Source: Klebsormidium nitens
Lineage: Eukaryota > Plantae > Klebsormidiophyceae
Reading direction: 5' to 3'
Length of the DNA: 64,000 nt
Assembly (NCBI GenBank): GCA_000708835.1
Contig: DF237340.1
Span: 1 to 64,000, forward strand
The notes under the pieces are model-generated. The model worked only from the letters and a program-made list of their open reading frames with translations, did not search any database and was not told the DNA's origin. Position 1 is the first letter of the stretch. Each line of letters opens with the position of its first letter. Made by a program: the position numbers and the translations under genes. Positions 9,070-19,523 of this stretch are shown piece after piece.

Positions 9070-11587
9070 TCAGTTAATGGGTGCCACGGTTTTGCTATAC
9101 ACCTCCCGCCCAACCCGTATGGCAATTTCTTGGGCCACCTGTTCCCATGGCACCATCCGATTTTCGACATTGCAGGACCCGGCAGGCGCTGCGTCAAAGA
9201 CGGCTGAGCCTGAGGGGACCGCCAGAGGGACTTCTGGAGCGACGTCTGTCCCCGACGCTAAAGCCCCGCCCCCTCCTAGATCTTTTCCCCTGTCTCCCGG
9301 GCTGTCTCCCTTCCCGCCGGCTTCGTGGCCCTCGCCGTTACTGCCCGTCCGTTCCCCGGTAGGCTTCCCCGGGGCTAAGGGTGTTCCTTCTGGCGCCGGC
9401 GGTTTGGCGGGCGCTGGAGGCGGGGGTGGCGGCGGTGGCGGCGCCAGTGGAGAGGAACTGGGCCCCACATGGACCGTCTGCAGGCCCGGGTCCTCAACGT
9501 TGGCCATGAAGGCCTCCACGGCTGCGGGGTCAGCCGTCGGTCCGAAGCTGGGGACGGTGTGTCCGCTGCTCACTGCTCCGGCCGGCCCAAAACTCCGTTC
9601 AGAAAAAAAGAGAAGAATATGGGCGGCTTCCGTATCCGGGTGTTGAACGAAGTCAGGAAGCTCAGAGAAGACTCCCATATACGAGGAAGAGGGTGATCGC
9701 ACCTTCCCATTTTGTCCTTGTGCGGCCCCCTCTTCAAAGTCTTCAGGGGGGGTGGAGTAACCATGCTGGTCCTCCCCGCCCAGGAGTGCTGCCGCCTCCA
9801 ATGGCGCAACCGCCTTCGCGGCGGGCTTTCCCCCCGTCTTCCGTGTGGGGCGCTGTTTGCGCCCCTCACCCGCCGTGTCCGCTGGGCCTTTCCCTGAGCT
9901 AGCCGGGGGTGGGATTTCGGCAGGCGGGCTGGGGGCTCGTCCTCCGGCCGTCTGCGTTAGGCCCCCTTCCTCCGGCCCGGTTTCCGCCGGTGGGTTGGGC
10001 TCCTTGGTCCCTTCCGGCTGCTCCTCCTCGGACGGGCTCGGTTTACGTTCCGGTTCCCCCTCCGGCGGCCACGGGGCCCGCTCCACCCCTTCGTCCGGCT
10101 CTTCCCCCGGCACGTCGTTACTCACCGCTCCCCATCCTCCGAGGGCCATCGTGTCGTTCATGAGCTGCCCGTCGTACATGTCTTCCTTGTGCCCAATGGG
10201 AGGTCGCCATCCCAGGTAGTAGGTGTTGGCCTCCCGCCGGAGGAGCACTTGCAGCTGGCTCAGCTTCTGGGGGTGCGCGTTTCCGCTCCACTCCAGGCCT
10301 GCGACGCGCTCCAGGGCGATGTTGAGGGCGATCTGCTCACGGACCTGGGACTCCGAGGGAAACCTGTTCCCAGCGGGCGGAAGTCCATAGACGAACGGTC
10401 CCCCTTCCTTCCAGAACCATCGGGTTTGCGCCTCGTAAGAGGCGGGGTAGGGAACGGTGGAGAACTTGGGGTAGTCGGCCGCACGCGGCGCTCCGGCCTC
10501 GTCCAGCCACCGCTTCCAGACTGGGTCCTCCCCGACTGCTACTTCCTTCTCCGGCGGCACTGTCGGGCGCCCAGCTGCTGCTTCGGCGGCCGGGTCGAAG
10601 TCGTCACCTGCGTAGGAGTACCATGGCCGGCGGTGAGTGGCGCTGTTCTCCTCCGCAAAGCCCGCCCGCTTCGCATACGCGATCTCTACCACCCTCCCGC
10701 GCGCCCATATGGGGTCGATGAGGGATTCCCGGCGCTCAGGGGAGGCATGGGATAGGGCGAAAATGAGGAGGCCCCGGTACTCGTCCCGATAGTAGTCGGG
10801 GGACTGGTCCACCAGGGCAGGAAACTCCCGCCGGTCCGCCTCACGTTGGTAGAACGGATCCTCCGTGGTGGGCACCGTCTTGAAGACCTCGTCGAACCGC
10901 ACCACCCAGTCTTCCTTCTCCAGGCCCGCCACTCGCGCTTGTGCCGCCTGCAGGTCGGGGTCGTTGTGGTTGAAGGCTCCCGGAAGGGGTCCCCCGAGGT
11001 ATTCCCAGGGTTCTCCTTGGTTTCGGCTTCCGCCTCCGGCTCTCCTCCAGGACCCCCCGGCTCCGCAGTTTGCTGCTCCTCCGGCGCGTCTTCAGGGCGA
11101 ACCTCAGCTTCCCCTACTCCCGTGGCTTGCTGCCCCTTGGCCTCTTCTTTGCCTTCTTGGTTGGCGGGGCGTCCACCACCGCCGTGCCCTCCTTCTCGTG
11201 CTCTGTTTCCGCTTTTTCTCCCGCCGGAACAGGCCTCTTACCCCGCTTCTCCTTGACTGCTGACTTAGGCTCTGAAGGTTCCTCCGGCGGCGCCTTCTTC
11301 TTGCCCTTGTCCTGAGTGTCGGTTTTCTGCCCAGTGGCTGCAGGGAGTGGTTTCTCCGGGGGCTTGGGAACAACCTTCTTCTCCTCCGATTGCTTGCCAC
11401 CCTTCTGTGCCGAGGTGGATTTCTCCACCTTGACCTCCTGCAGGTTCACGGGCATTCCGGGGCTGATCCAGGGGTTGGGGTGGAAGGGCGGGACTTTGGA
11501 TTTAACCGATCCTGATCTTGCCCACCCCTCAGCTGTGAGCGCGGCTTGTGCGCTTTCAGCTGATCCCGGTGGGAAGATCCCCCGTGA
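9070..11587 (-). pseudogene. Unknown protein-coding cargo between gag and PR, element 1 (includes 620-aa ORF 9070..10932)
   Basis: Long open frames with GC-rich coding-like composition, in frame with the flanking ORFs across TGA stops. Probable frameshift(s) near 11000-11120. No domain recognised. Confidence 0.6.
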
Positions 11588-14500
11588 TCAAAGGAATTGC
11601 ATTTTAGGGCGCTTGGGGGGAGGGGTTGGGGTGCGGGTGCGTTCCCCCCCCTTTTCCTCGCTGGATGACGGCGTGGCTTCCTCGTCGTCCTCATCCGGCG
11701 TAAGGTACCCCCCCAACTTGGCCAGCCCGGCCTTGGCGTTAAGCTTTTTGCGCGCTGATTCGAGGCGGGCGTGCTCTTGGTTTGCCGTTTCAGGGCTCGC
11801 CTGCGCCAGTTTGAGCAACAGGTTATCGACGTTCTCCTCCAGCTCCCGCACCTCGATCCGAATCACTGATACGTCGAAAATCTCCACACCAGGCTCAAAG
11901 GTTAGGATGGGGCCCTCCTCCGGCGCCTTCCTCAGCCGGGCCTCCAGCTTCCTGGCCCGCCGGAGGACCTCCTTGCTCCCGTTGACACCCTCAATCGCCC
12001 CGGCTTGACGCAAAGAGCTGGCCAGCTTCCTGAGGCCGTCGATGCGCACCTGCTCGCCGGTGGGGTCGAGTCGAAGGGTGGGTGGAGGCTCCACACTGCG
12101 GGACCGCTGTCGCTGTTGGTGTCCTGTTGACAGCTCTCCGGCGCCCTCGTCCGCTGGGTCGTTCTTGGCCCGCCGTGGACGCTTGGTTTGGGGGCTGGCT
12201 GACCGGGCGCGCCGTTCTTCTCCGGCCACCTGTCGCTTCTCCCGCCCCGACCGCCGCGCCAGGATGGGCTTGTCCTCGCCCTCGCTGGCCTTACCGCCCA
12301 GGCCCTTCCGGCTTGCGGTTGGAGAAGGCTTGGAGGCACCGCCCCCTTTTGTCTCCTTGGGGCCCGGTTGCTTCGGCCGAGGGGGTGCGCCGATTGGCAC
12401 CACCCGTGGGAGATTTTCCCCTTTCACGTGGGTGGGGGCGGGGGACACGCGCTTGTCGGGCTCCGTGGAGTGCCCCCCCCACTGCCCGTGTGGCACGTCG
12501 TAGTCGTCGACCTTCCAAGTTTCCCGGTAGGTGGTGTCCTCCCGGTCGTCATCGTCGCGCACATACTTCTGGTACGCGTAGAGGGGGTCCGTCCCCCAGG
12601 CAGCGTACAGATTGGCCTTGTACTGTCCCCACGGGATGACGCGCCCCCTGTTGTGGGTGTCGCCCTTCTTCAGCTCAAGCTCCTCCTCCGGCAGGGGGCC
12701 CACCTGGATAGGCGTGTTGTCGTCCCAGCCACCGTGCCACGCGTGGAGGAGTCGCCGGTGGAACAGCACCATCTCAGACAGGTCCGGCTTGGGCGGGGCC
12801 TTCTTGGACGCTGGCCGCCCGTGCAGCTCGCGGCAGTACTCAAGGATGGACCGACCCGCATAGTGCAGGGCCAGCAGGACGTAGCATTGCGTCCTGGTGG
12901 GCCGCTTGGCGAACATGAACTCCGCTGCCCGCGTGACGTACTCCCGGCCCCAGTGGGTTATGTAGCCCGCGAACTCGTCGTTGTGCATGACGGCCCAGGA
13001 TTGTCGCTCCCGCCAGTCTCGTGGACTCCAGCACATGCACCTGAAATCCGGGTGCCAAGGAGGGTGACCGGTTTTGCCCCCTTGGAGGCCGGCCTTGCTC
13101 TCGTCCTGGGCTGCGTGCGCCAGCATGTAGTTCAGGTGCTGGATGAACGCCATCTGCCCCTTGTACCGCGGGGCCTGCATCGGGGGCAGGTAGATGTCCA
13201 GTTTGTGCGGGGGGAGATGCGGGTCGTCGTCCACCACCGGGTCGGGGTACTCCTCCATGGCCCAGGTGTGGTTGTCGGCGTGGGTGGGATCGGCTGCGGC
13301 CAACCACTGATCCTTGAACGGACCAGCGACGATGTTGAACCAGTTTTCGCCGAGGGTTATGACGTCGTCAAACTTGCTGATGACGGTCTCTCCTCCCTGT
13401 GCTCCGCCAGCTCCTCCGGCCGCACCGCCTGCTTCTTCCTCCGGCTCGTCCTCGCCTGACTGCTCCACTGACCCCGAGCCCGCCTGCTCGGACTCCTCCT
13501 CCACGCTCTCACGCTCCGAGTCATCCGCCTCCCCCTCCGCGTCTTCGTCTCCCTCCTCGACGCCGGGCTGCTCCACATCCTCGGGGTCATCTTCGTCCCC
13601 CTCGCCGTCGTCATCGTCAGCTCCGCCAACGCAGCGCATGGGCTTCGCAGGACCGAGGTAGGACAGGGGGATGGAGGACGCTTGGACCTCCAGACTGTAG
13701 GCCGGAGGAAGGGTCTCGAACGGGGCTGCCCGTTTAACCTGCACCTCCCGTTGGGGCCCGACCTTGGGGTCATTCAGCATGTGGACCTGCACCCCTGCGT
13801 TCTCGAGGGACTCGATCCCCTGATAGCGGGGGTCGTTGGGGGAATACTCCCCAAAGGAAGGGGGCAGCTTCTGGGCGACCAGGGGCGTTGGCTCAGGCTC
13901 GGCGGGGCCTTCGGCTTCCTCCGGCTCAGCTCTGGTCTCCCCCCCGGCCTCCTCAGCTGCTGCGACAGGGCGATCGCCATGTGGGCGGAAGGCTGGGGGT
14001 GGGCCGCCCTTCCGCAGACGATCCTCCTTGGCTCTGGCCGCCAGCCGGTCCTTCTCCCCGCGTGCCCGCGGTGCCGTGGTTGTCTCGCGCTGCGCCTTGG
14101 TTGACGCGCGCACCTCCGGCAGCTCGTGGTCTTCGTCCGCCAGGTAGACGCCCATGTAGGGGACGCCTGGCTGCTCGATGACGGCCGACCACGCCAGCTC
14201 AGGGTCGAACTCCTCCGTGGCTGGCGCGTTGTGCTCCACCGCATCGGCGGCGTAGGCATGCTTGGGGGCTCCGCGGTTGCTCCGGCCGCCCGCACCAGGT
14301 TTGCCCTTGCCGCTGTCGCCGGACCCGCGCCACTTCTCCGGCCGCTTCTCGGGAATCGCCTCCCAGCACTCGTGGGACTCGTGGGAGTCCCTACGCTTGC
14401 AGTGCTTGCAGACCGCCCCTGGCATCCGCGGCCCCTTTGCCTCCGGCTTCTTCTTGCACTCCGTGCGTGTGTGGCCGTACTCGCCACAGTTGAAGCAGTT

Positions 14501-15714
14501 GCCCTTGAACCCCGTTCCCAGTGCCGGAGGCTCCATGGCGGCTAAGGCTTGCTTGGGTTTTCCCCGGCCTCGCCGCTCTCTCTCTTTGGGACCGCGTTCT
14601 GCTCGGGGTTTGTTGGACTCTCTCTGAGAGCCCGGGGACTTGCTGGAGAGGCTCAGGTCCTGCAATTTGGAGGAGAGGGGTTTGCCGGTGGTTTTGTCGG
14701 CCCGCTCCAGCTCACGTGCATGAAGAGCGTCCTCCACCTGCCTGGCCTCTTGCTCCAACTTGTCTAGGGTACAATCGGCAACAGCCCACTTGAGAACATC
14801 GTTCTCTATCGCACGCCGCACCTCCCCCCTAAGCGCTTTCAACGCTTTCTCAGTCACCTCCCTGCCGATGGTGGGCTTACCGTTCTTCCGGCAGAGCTCC
14901 CGCAAGAGGTGAAACGTGGCGTGAGTGCTCCTCCCCGCCGTGTACTTGAAGTTGAGGTATTCGCCCAGCGTCTGAGCGGTGTTCTCCGGATAGGTGGTCT
15001 GCAGGAAAGCCCAGGTTTCGGTCATGAGCGTGGGGTCCCCCTTTGCTACCTTCCGTGGCCAGGAAGGCACTGGGCCTGGCGGCGCGTCCGTGTTCGCCTT
15101 CCACTGCTCATGCCACTTCTCTGCGAGAAGTTTCTCCTCTACCTTCCGGTTTTCAGCCTCCACTTCCTCCCGCGCCTTCGCATTCTCTTCCAGACGCGTA
15201 CGGAATTTATCCTGGAGAACGTGGTATGCGTCCCCCTCACAAAGATCACTGCAAACTTGTCTTCATCAGTGAGAGTGGCCGCCGTAGCACTGCGGCGAGA
15301 CCGGATAAGCTGCAGGCGATTCTCATAAGTGAGCCGGAGGTCTGTGACACTCTGGCCCCCTACACGCCCACTAAACTTTCCACCGAAGCTCCCTGTGGAG
15401 CTACCCCCTGTCTCCTCCATATCCCAGCTGTCTTCCCAGTCCTCAACTCCTAAGAAGGAGACTGCTACGGCCGGAAGCACAACAGTGTTGCCCTGCTCCT
15501 CTGCCGATTCCGACGCACTGGTGGAAAGAGGGGTTTCAGGGATGATCTCACCAGCTGGGTTTTCTTCAGGTGAACCTTGACCACCCTCGGATGTCTCCGC
15601 TGCCGCCGTGGACTGTCCCTCACCCTTCGCTCCCTGCCCAAACCTCCGAAGAAAGTAAGGCGGGTCCCCTTCAGCCCCGCTGCTTTCCGCTGGCTGATCA
15701 GAGGGAGGCTGCAT
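11588..15714 (-). pseudogene. gag: Gag with zinc knuckles plus long C-terminal extension, element 1
   Basis: ATG at 15714. Probable 1-bp loss in a G run near 15232 joins ORFs 15139..15720 and 11588..15163. Knuckles CFNCGEYGHTRTEC and CKHCKRRDSHESHEC. Confidence 0.82.
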
Positions 15715-16152
15715 AAGCAATCAAAGAGTTTGCAAAATGCCCCTTACACCCTTGGTTCCTTGTAGCCAAAGGTTAAAACCTTACTCCCACACTCAGAGAT
15801 GTGGTTTCAGCTGCTCCGGCGCCCGTATTACGCCAACTGCAGGAGCTCCCGAGGCCCCACCCACTGCTTACTCAAGCAATGCTGGCTACCCCTGAGCTGT
15901 GCTAGCTCAATCAACCACGTGGGCAGTCCGCCGGAGGACCGCAGACACTGGTTGGAGCTGAGGGTGGCTCACCGTTGTGGCTTGCCGCTCGGACCGAGAA
16001 CCCTTGATCCCCGTACTCCTTGCACCCCCACTTAGCTTGAGCACCCAAGCAAACTGCTTGCCGCTGCAAAGAGAAAAATGATCCTCCAGGTTTGGACCAA
16101 TCAAAGTTCCCCCTTGCTAACCTTGCGAGAAGCACCTAACAGCCACCACCCA

Positions 16153-16172
16153 TCATTCCTAAAGTTGCAAGT
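16153..16172 (-). promoter_or_regulatory. Primer-binding-site position, self-complementary to A repeat (not a recognisable tRNA PBS)
   Basis: Abuts A1. Perfect 20-bp reverse complement of 16439-16458 (also 1144-1163). Confidence 0.8.
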
Positions 16173-16745
16173 AGCAACCATGCACAGGTTCTACAGGACA
16201 TGATGGGCAAAGGGATAGCTGGTTTGGTACTCGCTTATAACCTCTCAAGCATTACACATGCCCGGTGATTCCTCATGCTCATGTTGCTTCGGCTCCAACA
16301 AAGCCACATGCTCCGGCTCGCTCATGCTATCCTCACCATGCAATTGGCCGACAGGATCGCCACGCTCGCACGCAATGCTGTTGAATCAGGCTCAGAGAGA
16401 AGGAAGCTCGGGCGCCATTTGCTTGAATCAAGAGAGAGACTTGCAACTTTAGGAATGACACATCCGGTCGCAAAGTTCGCACCTAGTGTCACTCTAACAG
16501 TACTGCACTAGCCTAGTCTCAGACCCTTGTACAGCCTAAGCCCTAGCTCTGGCTAGTCTCGTCATGGTTTGAACTCGGCCGATGGTGACATTTGGCGCGG
16601 TTCCTCCGGCAAGCCTAGCCTAGTGTACATCGAATATAGGATATACTCTAGGCTATAGCCTATGTCTGCCGGGCCTTCCTACGCTGCTCCGGCCGCGGGT
16701 GCGCGCGCGCCGCGTCCTCCGGCACGCCGCTGGTCCGGCATGGCA
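16173..16745 (-). repeat. Element 1 repeat A1 (573 bp, 5'-terminal)
   Basis: Direct repeat of 878-1450. No B sequence on either side. Confidence 0.97.
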
Positions 16746-16749
16746 GGTC
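16746..16749. other. Right target-site duplication GGTC of element 1
   Basis: CATGGCA|GGTCattg; matches 746-749. Confidence 0.85.
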
Positions 16750-17247
16750 ATTGCTTCTTTTCAGAAGATTGACTCAACCCGACGCGTAATTTGCTGCACA
16801 TACATGCTTACCACATCACCTCCAACTCTGGACTGCTGAGTGTTGTTGTGATCTTGTTCAAATTGTGACTTAACGCCTCGTAAATAGACCTTACGTCGCT
16901 GTTATAGTGTCCAGACCGCCAGGAAAACAGGGTTAGCAAACTGGTTAGATCTTAACCTCTGGGTTAGTGTTTCCTCTTGGGACACAAGCATCAGGTAGCT
17001 CTGTGTTTTCTGGTCATGCCTATATAGGATTTATGTCTAGCGGTCACCCGCACCGCTCGTAGCATAAGTTCTTCCGAGGGGGTCAAATCTGCTGTTACTG
17101 CTGATTTCCTGACACTAGATTCAGAATTGCCTTGTGTTCTGTAGCAGATTCTGAAGCAGTGTCAGACTGGATACCATAGGTTCAGGAGAGTCCTGCTTAA
17201 TGCTGTAAAACTCATCAAACTCTCTCTCTCCTCATTTCTTCTGGACT

Positions 17248-17277
17248 TGGAGTGTTGAGACATGGAGTGTTGAGACA
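17248..17277. repeat. 15-bp tandem duplication (TGGAGTGTTGAGACA x2)
   Basis: Exact adjacent copies. Confidence 0.9.
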
Positions 17278-18578
17278 GGTATCATACCCCCGGCGCAAGG
17301 CGTGTTTGACAGTCTGTAATTTCTTACTTGAGAGCGCACCTGCTTACGACTCGTGACTAACTCCCGTGGTGTTGCTATGTGATTTAGTTGTGCTAACTTC
17401 CCCCACACTTACAACTCTGTCACCATTGACGTTACCACGCCTGTACCGCCTGTGAAGTGCACCAAGACGGCGCTGGATTACCTAGACTACTTGACTACGT
17501 CGTCGCTAGAGGTAGGTCTTCCATCACAGTTTCTTATCTGAGTACTGTCTGCCCGAGTGTTGACTTTAGCTCAGTGACGTTGCCCCAGTTGCTGTCTGTG
17601 CACTGTGCACCTCCGCCAGTCAGTTGCTGCACCTCTGTCAGTTGTTGTGTTGTATCTTGCCAGCACGCCGTCAGTCGGTTTCGATCTCTGCCTACTTTGT
17701 GAGTGGCTGACCTTGGTATGTGACTCAAAGGTAAACGATCCTGAACCCGGTTCGTTTGACGCGGCCAGCAATATTAGTTGACGCATGTTAACCGCTAGTT
17801 CTCGACCGTTCATCTAGCTCGTAGTTTGCAGGGGAACGAGGCCTGTGGATGTCCTCTTAAATCGCAGCGAGTCTGTGTTCGGAGGGTGTCCCGTCTCAAT
17901 CCACCTTTGCTTGTGATAGGACAATAGCGATCTGCTCAGCTGCAGTCCGATTGTCATAGTCCAGAAAGTCGCACTCATACAGTGACGCTTTCTGCAGAGC
18001 TGTTGGAGCGTTTCGAGTAGTGATACCTTCTGGTGCCCCTTCCGGCGGCCAGTGGTCCGTGAGTTGGAGAGTCAGGGGCCCCACGGTCCTTAACTACGCT
18101 GGACAGCCAGACCCTCAGTCGGTGCTGCGCTACACAGGTAGGCCCTCCAAGCACGCTTTCCGACATAAGGTGCTCTTTGCGACCTTCGTAGTTATTCGAA
18201 AGTTGGCAGCGACCAACTCAGGAAGCTTCGAGTCTACCACCAGGTTCAACGAAGTTCCTTATTTTTGATTGGTGCTCTCTGAAGTGATCGATCATTGACA
18301 AGTGCTTCAGTAGCGACTTTGTCTTTACAGCTTGGGTTCAATTACAGCCCTGCTCAAAAAACCGGTAACGAGACCGTTTTCTTACCTGCGCGTGTCCCAG
18401 AGTCTGACACTCTGACGGGACTGACCCTTGCGCGCTGTTGACTTGCAGATTCTCTTGCTCACAACCGCGGAGACCGTGGTTTCCCGCACGGGGGGAGAAG
18501 GAATCTGACGTGGCGGCCCGTGGCCCCACTAGTTAATGTTGGTTTCGGGTAGTTAGCGAATTTGGCACCTTCTCGTTC

Positions 18579-19523
18579 ATGAGTTGGAGATACAATTTGC
18601 GTAGCGGTCCTGAGTTTCCACACCGCGACCCGAACGTCGGACTTGGCAGTGACACTGGCCTTGATAACATTGATTATAACCAAGGCAGTAGTTCGAGTCC
18701 GACCCCTCATTCGCCGCGCGAATTATTGCACGATTCCGGGCACTCTGATTTTGCACCGCAGCTTGTGCGTGCATCATACTTGCCGACAGGCGCGCCCGCC
18801 TTTGTCGAGCCGTTTGATATAGCCGAATTAGACACCATGTCGCTACTGAATGTACAGCATGGTACATGACTCTTTACGGGACTCCCGGACGGCCCAAGTA
18901 TCTTGCACTTGCGCCAGAATTATGCGACGCTCAAGACGGAGCTCAAGCTCAAGCCGAATTCTGAGCTTATCAACGATAATGACAGGTTCAACCTGCTCAT
19001 GAAGTTCTTAGCCGGGGGGGCACGCGATCAGGCCGCCCACCTCGAGCGTGAGATGCGCGAAGAACTGCGCACCCGGAATGCTGCTCAGGCCGACTTATAT
19101 CTGCGGAATAAGACGGCATATGAGAAGGCGAAGACCGATTATGACGCTCTGTCAGCCGAAGCTAAGGCAGCCGCGACCGAACCGGTCCGGCCGGAGCCGC
19201 ATGTGGACGCAGAGGTCTATGATCAGCCGGTCGAGAAGTTCTGGGCTATGATGGAAAAGCTTTATCCAGAGAAGTCAACGACTCGGATGGATGAGTTCCG
19301 CTATTTTGCGCGACGCTCCGAGGAGACTATCGCTAGCCTCGTACAGCGCATGCAGTCATTGAAGCATGCCCTCGACCGCCCAGAGGAGATGGCCGTATTC
19401 AAGCTCATAGGAGCTATGCCCCGCCACTTGGGCGAGGAAGTTACGCGCCAGTTGAACGCCACAGCCATGGAGCCTGAGGAATGGACCATTGAGCTCGTGG
19501 GCCGGGTTGCAATTAAGCCTTGA
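18579..19523 (+). pseudogene. gag: Gag capsid region, element 2
   Basis: ORFs 18579..18869 and 18903..19523 are in the same frame, split by a TGA. Helical gag-like sequence, frameshifted into the CCHC ORF near 19520. Confidence 0.7.

Larger units (their letters stand above)
750..16745 (-). mobile_element. Element 1: 15,996-bp Ty3/Gypsy-type retrotransposon with split direct repeats (A1...B1-A2-B2), DNMT and PHD-integrase; complete but decayed copy
   Basis: Termini TG (750-751) and CA (16744-16745), flanked by direct GGTC (746-749, 16746-16749). Minus-strand domain order gag CCHC, PR (LDTGA), DNMT, RT, RH, INT, PHD is the Ty3/Gypsy order. Repeats are directly alignable by eye. Confidence 0.93.

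Noticed and set aside
2191-14793. Many overlapping plus-strand and alternative-frame ORFs across the retrotransposons
   Set aside because: Shadow ORFs of GC-rich coding sequence, with no motifs.
9070-15163. Possible tyrosine recombinase hidden in the cargo, which would make this a DIRS/PAT element
   Set aside because: No R...HxxR...Y pattern recognised. Element 2 lacks this cargo yet has the same 3' structure, and TG/CA ends with a 4-bp TSD point to DDE integration. An HMM check is still advisable.
420-16763. AG|GTAAGG donor at ~426 and ttgcttcttttcAG acceptor at ~16763, suggesting element 1 sits in an intron
   Set aside because: No coding frame or expression evidence, and such sites occur by chance.
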